Below, one piece after another: positions 42,088 through 56,233 of a stretch of DNA of 64,000 bases; the first letter of the stretch is position 1, and each line of letters begins with the position of its first letter. Made by a program: the position numbers and the translations under genes. The DNA is taken from the NCBI GenBank assembly GCA_020137815.1, contig CM035362.1, forward strand, positions 4,464,001-4,528,000, given 5' to 3'. Origin of the DNA: Hormiphora californensis (taxonomy: Eukaryota > Animalia > Ctenophora). The notes under the pieces are model-generated. The model was not told where the DNA came from, searched no databases, and was given only the letters and a program-made list of their open reading frames with translations.

Positions 42088-42413
42088 CTGACGGTGTATA
42101 AGGTTCAAATGAGGCACGGAGTTTTTCTGAATCAGCTTTTCAAGACGAATCCAACGCAATCGGAATTAGCTTTCTATCTTATCGGGAAGGTGTGGTTCAC
42201 TTTTTTCATCTTTAGCCGCGCGAGCCAATCAGAGGGCTGGATTTCGAAATTCTGGCCTCTGATTGGCTCGCGCGGCAAAAATGACTAAAAATGAGCGTGA
42301 GTGAACCGAACCTTCCCGATAAGATAGAAAGCTAATTCCGGTTGCGTTGGATTCGTCTTGAAAAGCTGATTCAGAAAAGCTCCGTGCCTCATTTGGACCT
42401 TATACACCGTCAG
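42088..42413. mobile_element. Foldback element (~115-bp arms, central CCAAT palindrome)
   Basis: CTGACGGTGTATAAGG..GGTTCACT inverted at 42300-42413. Confidence 0.8.
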
Positions 42414-42699
42414 ACTCAGTCCGGCTGTATAATATGCATGACCAGAGATTCACCATGTATCCCATTAGAGAATGAGTCCCCCCCCCCCCGAGAATTAGGG
42501 CAGCTTGTAATTCATGGGATCATTATGTTCTGGAAAATGGGCTTCTTTTAAAATCTCTCCGCTGTTCACAAAACGTAACTTGTTTTGTACAAACAGGGTG
42601 GAACAAGGCAAAACGTATAACAAAACGGTTTTGTATGAAAACAAAAATCAACAAATGCACATTAATAATTTCCTAGTCTCAAATAATATTTCTCTTCAA

Positions 42700-43091
42700 G
42701 GGTCACCACACACAAAAGTTAAAATTAAAATTAATTTGACGTTTTTGGTCATAACTCTGCCATTTCTTGGTAAAATTGCTTCATTTTGGGCTTGTTGGAA
42801 AGAGGGCATCGAGCCCGTTCTGAACAGCCCAAGAAACTTGAAATCGGCGCAAAGTTCGCGGCGTTAAGGCGCATAATGCGCGCGTTAAAATTTTAAAATT
42901 TTAACACACACATTTTGCACTGTAACGCCGCGCACTTTGCGCCGATTTCAAGTTTCTTGGGCTGTTTAGAACGGGCTTGATGCCCTCTTTCCAACAAGCC
43001 CAAAATGAAGCAATTTTGCCAAGAAATGGCAGAGTTATGACCAAAAACGTCAAATTTTAATTTTAATTTTAACTTTGGTGTGTGGTGACCC
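42700..43091. mobile_element. PIF/Harbinger-like foldback MITE (GGG..CCC ends, 3-bp TSD CAA)
   Basis: CAA|GGGTCACCACACAC..GTGTGTGGTGACCC|CAA with ~170-bp arms. Confidence 0.78.
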
Positions 43092-43327
43092 CAAGTGTCA
43101 ATGACAGCGTAAAAAACAGCGGAATTTAAATTCTCAATTATTGTAAACTTCTTCAGGGCCAATATACCCTTCCTATCCTGCAGCTGTAGCTCAAAATATA
43201 TCAACCCCCTTATCAAATTTAGTCAATTTCAGTTCAATTTAGTCCCTTCCTCATATTATTGTTATTAAACCCATTCAGTTGAGTCTGAACCGGTCATCTG
43301 TTAAAATCCAAATCATATCCCTCGCGA

Positions 43328-46287
43328 TCATCCGTCATAGTCTGGTGGTTTATCAACCGCTGTAGTTAATCTAACTGCTAATTCTGTGGGGGGAGGGGGT
43401 TCATTTATCATCACGATGCGGATAAAAAACATTTTATTTATACTGTTGCACAACTTAGTGGATTAGTATTACTTTGATTGCTGCAAAACTTTATTTGAAC
43501 CATGACTATATAACTACCGAGAATAAGGATCGGTTGATTGCTTATTAGCCGCATAATCAGTGAATAAATCTTGATTTCTCCTTCCAGTTGGAGAAATCAA
43601 GATAATTTATTCACTATATAACTATTAACTATACCTGTAGGGGGAGGCGAGGAGGAGTTCCTAGATCTTCTAATTCTCCGGGATACCTTGTACATAATAA
43701 ATAGGAGAAGTATCAACCCCGTCAATCCACCCACACCTGCAGGAATAATTAGTAATTTAGTATCAATTAGTGTAAAAAGTGGGTTACAAATTCAAAAAAT
43801 CTGAATTTAGACCTCCATTTCTTATTACTACATTACACCTGCACTATAGGTACATAATTCTATACAGTATAGAACATATTATATAAATTCAGATATTATT
43901 ATTCTGATAATATTTTCAGATATTATTATTATTCTGATAATATTCTCGGTGGGAGGTACTAGCTAGGTACACTTGTGACGTCAATGATCACTATATAGAT
44001 CTGACAGATGGCTGTGAGAATGGACCATAGAGGAAGGCTACTGCATGGTGACATTGCACACTGAAATGTCGCTTATACATATGTATATTTAACGGTCAGC
44101 CTTCAAATAGTATTATATTTTCTAACAGAGCTGCTTCAAGGTCTTCTATATCTTTTATACTCGGCCAGTCTCCAGAAGACTTATAATTTATATTCTCAGA
44201 GCCACACATTATAGGACTACAGCTGAGTCACTCAGTATAAATAACATAAAATGTGATGACACACACACATACCGATAGCGATAAGTCGCAGGAGGTAATT
44301 TTGAAACTGTTCTCTTTTCTCATCGGGTGACTCAAAATCGTGTTCCCCGTCTGATACTTTACCTGGGGGAAAATGGGTGAATTTAGTTAGTTAAGTACTT
44401 GAACATATTCGCACAATGAGTAGCACTATGACGTATCCTATAATAAAACATCGTAAATGTAGGACAAAGGGCCAGTACACGACTGGCTTAAATATATGAG
44501 TTGTCGTGTGCTGAACTGTCAGAGCATTGGCCTGACCCATTCTCGTTTCACGCGGAGCGCACGAGAACTGTGTTCAGAGCATTGGCCTGACAGCTACAGG
44601 TGCTGAATAATATCTGAACTCACTGTCGAAGAGAAGCAACAACAGGATAGTTACCCCACCCCCACCATCACCCCTCCACCCTAACCACCCCAACCTCCAC
44701 CCCTCCCGTCCCCCGTATAATTTAACTTACTGGCTTTGTAATCTCTGAAAGCTCCAGAACTACCGTATGCTCGACAACCAAACTTAACATTCGACATCTG
44801 AGGGATCAGAACTGTAATACAAGAATGCAGTATTGCAGTATTGGTGTCAGAATTTGTTGAATAAGGCGGGTGTGACTGTCAATAGTTGATAGAATCGAAA
44901 CCGGAATCAAAACGGGGTCTTGCACAGCGCCAGACAACTACACGGATCTGTGTACCTTGAGTATGGAGTAATCGTAGAGTGTGATGGAATTATGTCGTGT
45001 TACGAACTGTACATCAGTTCCAGCTATTTTGGAGGAGTTTTGACTTCCTCTCAGACTGTAGAGCTGTTCATCGTGGGAGATATAGAACTCGTATCTAGGG
45101 GGATATTTGTTGAGTAAGGGGTACTCAACAACAGATATGTTTGATTTTGCAGGCTTCTCTAACGATACTACTAACGATACTAGTACTACCCGGTACACGC
45201 ATGATCAGGGGACTGTAACACATGTCAATGGGCGAAATAATACCTGTTAACATGTGGTGATGTGATGCAGAGGTACCACAGAGTTGAGTTACAGGTTTTA
45301 GGAACGAATTCGTAGATGTGTGGTGGGGATAACTCCTTGAAGACCTGGGAAATACATGTTAGATAATGGGGTGGGGCAGGTGGGTGGGGTGGGCAGGGTG
45401 GGGTTAACTCCTTGCAATATGGGTGGGGGCGGGTGGGGGTCAAGGATCTAAAACAAATATAAAACTTTAAACCAGCACCTGTAGCACGTATGCATATGAA
45501 GGTTTCCGATCAGTGCCAGTCTGTTCATAACAGTAGTAATGTCCACTATCCCCCTCCTTAGCAGATCTGATCACTATCGTACTTCTCAGACAGATTCCTG
45601 GGTCGTTAACCTCAAATGAGTCACAATGCTGAGGGTTACCGCACCTAAAGCGAGAGAGAGGGTGAGAGAGAGGGTGAGGAGGGGTAGTTAAATCTGATTG
45701 TTGAGTAAGGGTTTACACAAACAATTGGACTATGACTATTCCCAAATTTCTCCCTTACATAATACATATCGGGACAAGAGAGGGAATTCACTTGCCTTGT
45801 TCGACCCACCCTGTTTGAACAAAACAAGATTTAACTGCGATTAACAGCTCCTACCTATTAGTGGTTGATATTTCATAATCGGGTGCCCTCAGATTCTCCC
45901 TCTTTTTCTCTCCCTCCTTATCCCCAGGTAAGACTCTGTACCATCCTATACTCTGGCCAGATGAGGTACAGTGTAACGTCACCGCATCACCAACTTGGGC
46001 TACCTGTGAGAGATTGTTACATTAACTAGAGAGAGATTGTTACATTAACTAGAGAGAGATTGTTACATTAACTAGAGAGAGATCGGTACATTAACTAGGG
46101 AGAGATTATTACATTGACTAGAGCGAGAGAGAGATTGTTACTTTAACTAGGGAGAGAGAGCAGAAGTGAGAAATCTGAGCTGTATAATAGGTACCTGGTA
46201 CTGATAAAATCCGGTTATAGCGTGAACACTACCGTCGTCAGATAAAAAGAATGATAACAACAGGGAGAGGAGTATTGTTTGGTGCAT
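43328..46287 (-). CDS. Type-I single-pass Ig-domain membrane protein with cytoplasmic PPxY (middle exons not fully resolved)
   Basis: MHQTILLSLLLSFFLS signal; VGDAVTLHC..IGWYRV..IVIRSAKEGDSGHYYC (V/I-set Ig); TM LLRLIAIGVGGLTGLILLLFIMY then KVSRRIRR; ends DKPPDYDG*. Confidence 0.72.
44516..44599. mobile_element. Micro-element family F (CTGT..ACAG, direct subterminal repeats, 8-bp TSD GTGCTGAA)
   Basis: TSD 44508-44515 / 44600-44607; related to 51886-51963 and 47371-47393. Confidence 0.75.
46004..46160 (-). repeat. 24-bp repeat TTAATGTAACAATCTCTCTCTAG ending in the true acceptor
   Basis: Final unit ..ATCTCTCACAG|GTAGCCCAAG; same motif at 53567-53650. Confidence 0.8.
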
Positions 46288-46388
46288 CACATTGCTATAG
46301 AACAGATTTAGAGAGATTGTTAGGGGAGAGGAATATTGTTTGGTGCATCACATTGCTAGAACAGATTTAGAGAGATTGTTAGGGGAGA
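46263..46388 (-). repeat. 61-bp duplication of acceptor + start-codon region
   Basis: TAG|CAATGTGATGCACCAAACAATA at 46355 and 46294. Confidence 0.85.
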
Positions 46389-48211
46389 ACAAGAGTGTTC
46401 CAGACTCAGAAGCTGACAGGACATAAAGCTTGCGTGAGAGTGCCCGAATACAGACCACAAACAGTTAGAATATCAGAGAAATTTTGTTTGATTTTGGTGT
46501 AATTTTGAGCGTGATATTTTAGCTACTATCTTTCATACAGACCACAGACTTTATGACAGGTTGCAACACCGTTCTGTCGTGCGGCAGAGTTTGGTACGCT
46601 ATAACCTAGAGCCACACACACACACACACACAAGAGTGAGATTGGTAGATTAACTAGGGAGAGTAAGAGTGAGATCGTTAGATCATATAAAGATGGACCA
46701 AATGTTAGTCGTGTAGAATAAACATGATCATAATATGAGTCCCAGGAGGCAAAATTAAAACTTCTAGTTTGTCAAGTTTCAGATTAAGACAGAACTTAAG
46801 GATTTAGTAAACAAGCAAACGAGTCTATCAACACATGTAACAAATCAACACATCATTTCAACACTGAAATTAGACACAATATGCTGCATGTAGATTATAA
46901 ATACAGCAGCCTTCGTAGGAGGCACAAATTACAAAATCAAAGTCTAAAGATTAAAATGCTAGACTAATATAATGCGCTGAATAAAAATACAGCAGCAGTG
47001 CTGGGGTTGAGATAAGAAGAAACAAATACTTTCTGCCTCACGGGGTAGTCGAACTGCACATGATGTTTTAACATGTTGGTAAAATGCAAAGTTTGATAGG
47101 AATAGATAGAAACAGAATGGTGCAGGGATTAACAAGATTAAAAAGATAATTGTTCTCATGAAGGGGACCAAGGATAGGGACCAAAATAACAACGATCTAT
47201 TATAATACTTCCCTCCGCCAATCTAGCAGGAGAATATTTATTGGAATATTTATTAAACTAACTTTCTTTTTTCTTTTTTTTAAACTTACGACCCTTCTGG
47301 TTAATTTTGCCCACCAAGCGATGAGCGACCGCCTGCGAAGGCGGGAGCGCGAACACAGACGTGCCCAAGGCTGTCAGGCCAATGCTCTGACAGGCCCAAT
47401 ACATGCACATCAAAGATTTTAGCCCAAAAGACTAATTAAATGTACAGGGGTCGTTTTATCAAATAGAATATAGTTTTTACCAGCTATAGTGGCACTCTAA
47501 AAGCACTCTAAAAGCTATTCGCTTTCCCCCAGTACATTATCCTCTTTCGGGAAATGTCTGCATTGCACTAAAAAGCGTTCACTCTTGTCTTTGTGAAAGC
47601 ACTACTTCGAACTCCTCATATTCAAACATTTTAATGAGTGGAGAAAACATTTCTTATTTGATAAAAAAGAAATCATGAAACGATCCAGAATCAGATAATT
47701 CTCCAGGATCCAGCAGAAAACAAGATAAAAACCATGAACCATATAAGAGAAAACCGTTCATTCTCTTATCTGATTTACTAGATCATCCATCACATATGTC
47801 TAATTGATCTAAAGTTTATTCTTCAGTATTGAACTCATTTTCTTCTGATTTTATCTCTGTTTTGAGAAAGAAAAAAGAAGAATTCTGTCAACAAATAATG
47901 TCAACACTGCCTGCGATCTGATTTCTCTTCTATATAATACCCTAGATCCAATCCTTCTATCAGGCACAATCGGACCAAATTCTCTCTCTGTCTTCCCGCC
48001 CGTCGGTATGATCTTCCCTTGACTTCTTCAGATTCCTACAATTGATCTTCCCTTCTGTCTACCAAGACGATCTTTCCGATGAGCGGATGCCGGATGTTTA
48101 TCCCCTGTCAATCTTTATCCTCCTAATGCCAATGTCCTTCCATCTCCCTCTCTTTCTATATTTCACTCACTCACTCTCTCTCTCTATCTCTCACTCACTC
48201 ACTCACTCTGA

Positions 48212-48243
<32 letters not shown>

Positions 48244-48363
48244 ACTCACTCTCTATCTCTCCCCGGTGATTAAGCCATTACAGCAAGCAATCGTGCAAGA
48301 TCTCTCTGGCAGGAGGATCTAGGAGAGACGTGGATTAGATAATTGGTTAATGACAGGTGGAGT

Positions 48364-48395
<32 letters not shown>

Positions 48396-48919
48396 TAGAG
48401 AGAGAGAGAGACAGAGAGACAGAGAGAGAGAGCGAGAGAGTGAAGCTTTGTGTCCGCCTGGCACATTCGTACGTTTTCTAGCAGGGAAACATATCGCTGA
48501 GAGAGATGGTTCATTATAAAGAAAGTAAGAGTGGAAGAAAGACAGATAATGACAGACAGATAGTGAAGAATTAGGGGTGTGGAGAAGATTCGAGCATCCA
48601 CATGACAGTGGTGTTATGTCTTTTGCTGGAAATTGATCCTATACAGAATGAAACACAGATAGCCATTGCTCGACCCTCTCTTTCCATGCCCCGAGTTTGA
48701 ACAAAACAAGCAAGCACACTACTACTGTCAGACCCCGATTTGATTATCATTGCGCTCGGATGGGGTCTGCGGCGCCAGACAGTTCAAGAACTGCAAGAGG
48801 AAATTTAGGCCAAAATAGTGACACATTCAGTATTCACCGTTCAAAAAGGTAAGGCTAAGGCAAGACATGATATGAAGCATTGGGTCAAAGGTAAACAAGT
48901 GCACACACAGCAGTGCAAA

Positions 48920-48976
<57 letters not shown>

Positions 48977-49185
48977 TAGAGAAAGATATTGAGAAAGAGA
49001 GTCAGTTCCTAGGAACTGTACTCGTCAAAATGCCCTCGTTCCAACACAGTAGTAGAAAACAACAACACAGTAGTAGAAAACACAGTAGCCAGTCAGGATC
49101 TGTGTCACAACGTCTAATAGGAGCGAGATAGTGCAATCAAAGACATTCCCTTTCTCTCTCTCTCGCTGTCTCTGTATCTCTCTCT

Positions 49186-49250
<65 letters not shown>

Positions 49251-50725
49251 TCTCTTTCTCTCTCTCTCTCTCTCCTTCCATCTCAGTACTTTACTCTTAA
49301 ACCATCTCTGTAGTACAGCTGCAGCACAGAGCCCACAAAAACTAATTCACCCGATTGCAGCTCGGCCACGCACCCCTCAATACCACGTGACCCACCGCAG
49401 CCAATCACAAACGAGGACCATTCCCTGTTGACCAATCAGAATCAAGGACCACTGTCACGTGACTACAGATGAACCAATCAGAGCTCACTTGGGAGATGCA
49501 CTAATACCATTGATCCCTCAAGTGTGTGCATTAGATGTCTGTAATCTAGCACTAGTGAAGCATGCTGTATTATCAATAGAACAAAGATATTTTATGACAA
49601 ACTTCATCGCAATATGCAATGACGATAGTAGGATAATTCCTTAAATTCTGGCGCCCGATTTTGTTGTATGACCCCTTCATAATTACCTGACAAGGAACGA
49701 GCTAGAGAATCAGGAGATTTAATGCATGTGAATTGGGATCTTTCCTTTCTCACACAACATAACAAGAAAATGAATGGTATGTATGTGTCAGGGGGCTGCA
49801 GCAGGGCGATCATCTAGAGTAAATGATTCTAGAGGGGGACCAGCAATCAATTTAGGGGCTGTCAGTCTGTACAGAGAGGGGCTTGATAGAGGAATAGAGA
49901 GACGATAGATAGAGAAAAAGGGAGAGAGAGAGGGATGGATAGAGGGAGTGAGATGTAGGTACTGTACTGCAGCGGGCTGGGTAAATGAAATTGGATAGCT
50001 AAACATGGTGCAAGAGCTGCTGATCATTATTATACATCTGTCTTGTGATGGGGGAGTTAGATGGGAGGCTAGATGGGAGAGATAGAGCTATAGATGGGGG
50101 AGAAGATATAAACCTAGTTGGGAGGCTAGATGGGAGAGCTACTTATACAACCTTGTGATATAGGGACAAATCACATTTTGATTAATTATGAGAATTTGAG
50201 AAACACTGTGGAATGTGCTGTAACCGAATGTTGAATTGTTAGTGAGATAGATTCATCTATTAATTTGTCAACATAAAGCAAATGATATCAAAGACCTCTG
50301 TAAAACTTTCAAAGAATCGTGGCCACGATTACAACCCACGCGTGGGTTGTAAATTGAGACAGACCATTCGAAACTATTAGACAATTATTGAGTCAACACA
50401 AGATACATTATGAAGTATCGTAATATGCTTTGTCTAGAAACTTCTTTGGTGTCTGAATAGAACCAAATTGTCTGAATAGAACCAAATTTTAGTTGTTAAA
50501 CTTTGAAGATTTCTATGTTGGAGAGATGGAGATCAGAGGAAAAAAAGAGAAAGTCTGAATTGTTTTATTATAAGAAGAGAGCGATGGAGCACGGGAAACA
50601 AAGAATGAAAAATGATTCACAGCAAACAATGGAATCTGGATCTGGTCCTTGCCGATTGAGGAATAATGCCAGTTTCTTATTTTATGAGTCAACAAAGAGG
50701 CAGATAGAAACAATCGAGAGAGAGA

Positions 50726-50803
<78 letters not shown>

Positions 50804-51298
50804 GATAGAGAGAAAGAGGAAAATGGGACACTTGAAACAGCTCGGAAGTTGGCATGTAAACGCATCTGTCAGCTGCAACACAATGTGAGAACACCGGTTA
50901 CCCCTAATTCAATTGAAGGGCTACATGCAGCAGTTTATAGCGACTGTACTGCAAATGGTGTCAAAACAGGACGTTTTTGTTTATGAAGGAGCAGCAATTT
51001 TCACACGTTCGGCACATTTAGTTCTTCACGTCCGACACATTCCATCAGTGACGTTATCTTTCAGCGTACTAACCAGCTGTTATTTTATACTATATGTGGA
51101 ACTACTAGTAAAAAAGAAGAAAAATGGGACGAAGATATCATTGAATGATGTTATCATTCATTATGAAACTGGATGATTAAAGGAACTAACTAAAGGATAG
51201 GAACTAAAGGCAGGCATATAATAGCACACAGGAGGGAAGCTTTGATCTACTGAATTACAGTTCGTTATTGAGGCATTTAGCCTGCCAACATGTTCACT

Positions 51299-51381
<83 letters not shown>

Positions 51382-51714
51382 TTTTCTTTTTTTCTCTCTA
51401 TCTCTCTCCACGTGCACCAAAGTACTTGTCCATAGTACACACATACAATGACGTCAGTTTATAACAATCATAGGATGTACCGGGTACCTATACCAAACTT
51501 GAAACTTGAATGGTCACAGTCTCTTGAGACGCAATGTCAAACGGATGTTAGATGCTCTTAGCAAGATTTGTTCAATCCCAAGCTGCTGACTCTACTGTGA
51601 ATCTACTGTGAGGGGTATCTGATTCCACTCATTCTGCAACACACTAAACTATGGGGCTATGAAAGAGAACGCTCTGAGAGCTCTGCATCTCAATTCTCAG
51701 ACAAGTATGACCAC

Positions 51715-51790
51715 CTGTCTGGCGCCGCGACCCCATCTGAGCGCACTGTCTCAGATTGCGAATCAAATGGGGTATGGCGCCGCCATACAG
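51715..51790. mobile_element. Family C short copy, TSD AT(G/A)ACCAC
   Basis: CTGTCTGGCGCCGCGACC..GTATGGCGCCGCCATACAG. Confidence 0.8.
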
Positions 51791-51885
51791 ATAACCACCA
51801 GCTTATTTAGAGTGGTTATAGTCCGAATGCTTATACAACCATTTAACTATAGTACTCTCCAGAAAAGGGTAAATTGCGATTTGTC

Positions 51886-51963
51886 CTGTCAGGCCATTGC
51901 TCTGACCACAGTTCTTGCGCGCTCGCGAGAAATGAGAATAGGGTCAGGCCAATGCTCTGACAG
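51886..51963. mobile_element. Family F copy, perfect TSD GATTTGTC
   Basis: CTGTCAGGCCATTGCTCTGACC..GTCAGGCCAATGCTCTGACAG. Confidence 0.82.
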
Positions 51964-52354
51964 GATTTGTCTGAAAACATATATATACTTTCCCGGACAG
52001 TTATACGGCGAGGAAACAGAGAAATCAATAAGAGGCGACTATAGGGCGACTATAAGGGGGGGGGGGTTGTTGAGTAACCCACCCCTTACTCGACAAGTGG
52101 AAATGGATACCTTTCACAGGAATTAGAGTTGAGTGAAAACTTTAAGAGATACTTGAAGATGGTAAATATTTTCTGTGCAATACAACTGTATTGAGAAGTC
52201 AGATCTGCAGATTATTATAGGGATGACATTATAATGTACTTTAATCTCTTAAATAGCCCTTTCTAACATATTCGATTACAAATTTTATTTAGTATGCATT
52301 TGTAATCACATTTATCCCGAAGACTAAGAGGCACAATTCGGGCCTCTAAATATA

Positions 52355-52994
52355 TCCAATCATACTATTATTAAAGCAAATAGGGAAATGATGGGTGATG
52401 GTTTTTTTACCAAATATGGCACAAAATTCCTGGAAATGGCCTTTTGCACGTGTTGTCCCTAGAGGGACCCTGGCAACCTGCCAGCTTGAGCCTTAAACTG
52501 CACGTGCATCCTTGATTCATCTCTCTGCCGGTTGTGTGATTGATCGTTTGCTCGATTTGATCTGTTCACCCCCTGTTCACCACGTTTCGTGAACATGACT
52601 ACTCAACTTCAACACAATCGCCAGCGAGTTTGGAGGAGCCATATGTCCCAAACTGGCGCTGACGCCTATAGACTACGTGATAGAATCCTACAAAAGAGGT
52701 GATTATTATTCAAAAAATGTTGTCAACACACGTAATAACAAAGTATCAATGGCACTAATAAGAAATGGCAGTAATACGTGAAAGTATTTTGCAAATTGTG
52801 CTCCTTCATAAAATACTTCAGGACCTGGCAAAAGAGGACCCGTGGTTTTTCTGTCGAAAGAATCGCTGTGGTTAATTTACCTGATAAATTTACTGATTTT
52901 AAAAATTTCAAATGATACTACACTATTTGCTTAGTTTACTGTATGACCATTGACCATCCCCGACATTCGCCCGTAGGGCGAGCGGGCTTACTAG
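52355..52994 (+). mobile_element. Non-autonomous Helitron
   Basis: 5' A|TC..ATACTATTATTAAAG; 3' hairpin TCGCCCGTAGGGCGA ~10 nt before terminal CTAG|T. Confidence 0.7.
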
Positions 52995-54158
52995 TATATT
53001 CAATGCTATAGTACACAAAACCAAGCGGCTCCATTCCTTAGTGGCTCGTGAGTATTTGATTACATTAAATCAACATAAAATATTCCAAATTCCATTATCA
53101 TGCCCTGACTCGGTAACCGAGTTCAGAATAATAAAGATGCTGGGAATTTCAGTAACTATAATATTTATCACCGCTAGAGTTATACTAATTCAAAAGTTCA
53201 TCAAATATAGTATCCTACAAAGAATTAAGAAACAGCGAACGATTACGGATCCCTGCAGATAGAAGCCCCAGGAAATAACCCTAGGAAAAGCCCCAGAAAT
53301 CCTGAGTAACAGATAGCAGTAGGTGTAACAGAAAAGATTGTCGCACGCGGCGCCAAGAACAATAGGGCTATTATAGTGAGTAAAGTAAGAGAACATTCAA
53401 AGGGAAATAATGATAGAGAGAGAGAGATGGATAGTGAGTGAGAGATTCAGAAAAGAGTGAGTGAGCGAGAGTGTGAGAGAGAAATTGATAGTGAGCAAGA
53501 GAGAGATGGGTAGTAAGAAAAGGGTGAGTGAGAAAGGAGCTGTGCACCATGGAGTGTAATCTCACTTTAGTTAATGTAACAATCTCTCTCCCCTATATGT
53601 TATTCTAACAATCTCTCTCCCTAGTTAATGTAACAATCTCTCTCCCCTATATGTTATTGTCTCAATAGTGTTGCAGGAAGTGGAAATTAACACACCTGGA
53701 TCATCGTGCAAAGAGAGAGGGAGAGAGAAAGATCAAAGAAATATATAGAGAGAGAGCTCGCCTAAATATATAATCTCCACCGAATTAACGCTGTCTCCTA
53801 GATTAATTATAATTTGCAATTTTAGGATTTTTTGGTACGACTGCATAACTGTAACAGGAACAAGATACAGGTCGGACAGCTTCCTTGGCCCTTATTACAC
53901 TTCAGCTTCAACTTCAACTTCACAATTATTTTACTTGGGCCCTCTGCGAAATTTCCCGTCCTCCTTCGGCCTCACACACAGTGTTACTGTACAGCAAAGT
54001 TTTGGCCATATATATAATAGGGGCCAGGGCGACAAAATGTTACATTGTCGTCGAACATGGTTTAACGCCATTTCTAACTGCTAACGACTAACATGTAAGC
54101 CGTTCGGAATGGCGTTTAACTGTTGAACGTACAGTGCCTTTTGTTTGATAATTAATAA

Positions 54159-54486
54159 AGTCCATTATTTCAACTGTTCACCCCGAACTTGTGCGTGTGT
54201 GATATTGTGGGCTGTGATACACACTCAAAAAATTAGGCATACGCCCCTCGAATGATATCGGCGTGTCTCCTGCTACGGGTTAGTGCCCCGTAATGGTCAG
54301 ATACCGTATTATTCAGATACCGTATTCCCACTACAAGCAGCACTGTAAAGTTGTCACCCCCCTTCTCGTGCACGGAATGTTTTTGCGCATCACATCACAT
54401 GTTAACGTGTGGTGCGCGGCTCAAAATTGATAAATTTCACGTTTTTTACGTTTGGGGGTGACATGACAACTTCAAAAAATCCGACT
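54159..54486. mobile_element. Family D-related MITE (longer copy)
   Basis: TAA|AGTCCATTATTTCAACTGTTCACCCC..GGGGGTGAC..CCGACT|TTAA. Confidence 0.6.
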
Positions 54487-56066
54487 TTAACCGCCAACGG
54501 CCAAACCACTTTGGCTAATCCAAAGTTTATCTGACGGGATCAAATGTCAAGCGCCAACCGCAACCGCAACCCCAGCCCGAACCCTAGAAAACCGTGAGCG
54601 CTGACACTCCAAACTGTGTCAAGGACGCCGGGAATATCGATGAACTCAAGGTTGTACTGGGAGGGTACCTCAGGGGCATTGCTGATACTGATAGACCACC
54701 AACGAGGGGGTACTCGTGTCTTCATGGGGTACTCGTGTGTTCATGGAAACTCCTTGTTGGACTATGCCCTGAACCGATGCACGGACTTCTAGTTGTAAAA
54801 CCGAATGAGTTCGGAGGCTGAAGCGTTTGTTTATAATGTGGATGTCTCGACATGACTGCTCAAACTATTTTGAAAATTTTTGAAGAAGAAACACCCAGAA
54901 TTAATACTTATTTTTTTAACGTTGGCCGATTTGAGTAAATTAAACGGAATCTGGTAGAGAATCAATAGCACTAACCAAAAACCCCTAACAACAGCCCTTA
55001 CCCGCCAAAATCGATGAAATAATAATAATAATAATAATAATATCGAACATTTTTATCCCGCTATCATGCGTTAAATATGATAGTCCACTACTCGTATTAC
55101 TCGAACTAATAGCTATAACTAAAAGAACACCGAGATTATCGTTAAGACTCTCACCGCGTCTATAGCGGCCATCTCAAAGCCAGAGTAAAGCCATAAATAA
55201 TGCTTACTTTGATTAAATTGATTAAAGATAGATAATTAGAGTAAAAAGATGATTAAATAATGAAATAAGTAGATTGGTATAAAATGAAGATGTAAATAAA
55301 AAGGGCTAAGTGAGGGACAATGTGCATGCTAACAGTTTGAACTAAATAAAAAGATAAAAAAGGGGGATGGTGGGGAAATGCGGTAAAGATAAGAAGGAGA
55401 TATATAAAAATAAATAAGACGCCCGAAGGACGGGGTCATGAGTCAGGTTGAGATGATACAGTTAAAAAATTAAAAGCATAGAAAATTGATTAAAAAATTA
55501 TTAAATTGATTGATTGGTTGATTGATTGAGATTAAAATAGAATTATGATAATGTATAGTGTGGTGATTATGGATGATGCCTTGTCTTTGGGTCTTGCCTT
55601 TGGTCTTGTCTTTGGATTCAGTTTAGGATGCATTATGGACAGGAAGGGTTTAGGATTCTAGTTTTCGTCCTCGGTGTTCCAGGCGCCTTTTTACAATCAG
55701 GATAGGAAGGCACCCAGATTTTAATTTTGCAAGAGAGAAAGAGAAACAGCAATCCGACACCGGGGTCTCAGATAATAAACGCACACCACGATCGGTCACA
55801 GAGTAAACCTGCAAAGTGGTACAACACCGAAGTGTCGAGAGTAACCCTCGTAAATCCATCATTTTAATTTTGCCCTTTTTTTGACGGAGCTCATCAGTTT
55901 TTTTTAAAAACTTGCTAGATTTGTAATTTTTCAAAAATTTTGGGTCCAACTTGCTCGGTTTTTAAACGCGCGCCACGCGCATCAAAACCGGCAATCAAAG
56001 TATGATTTTCCGCGCGTTACATCAATTTGGTCAACCTTGAGTTTGGTTTGGTCTCGAGCAAGGTAA

Positions 56067-56233
56067 AGTCCGTTTCAAGCGACTTGACCCGTAATTCTAG
56101 GAATTTGGCGCATTGCGCGTGTATTTACAAAGGGGAAATCCTGAATTTCCCTGTCTGGCGCCGCGAAATGGGGTATGGCGCCGCTCATACAGGAATTTCC
56201 AGGAATCTCAGGTCAAGTCGTTTGAAACGCACT
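56067..56233. mobile_element. Family E MITE carrying a 42-bp family C insert (56151-56192)
   Basis: Reverse complement of 18840-18956 with GAATTTCC duplicated around the insert. Confidence 0.85.

Noticed and set aside
45213-45243. 31-nt GT-AG micro-intron in the Ig gene
   Set aside because: The resulting frame hits a stop. The exon phase here could not be resolved.
46400-51700. Short ORFs in the long intergenic region
   Set aside because: No motifs or consistent splice chain; probably UTR/regulatory DNA.
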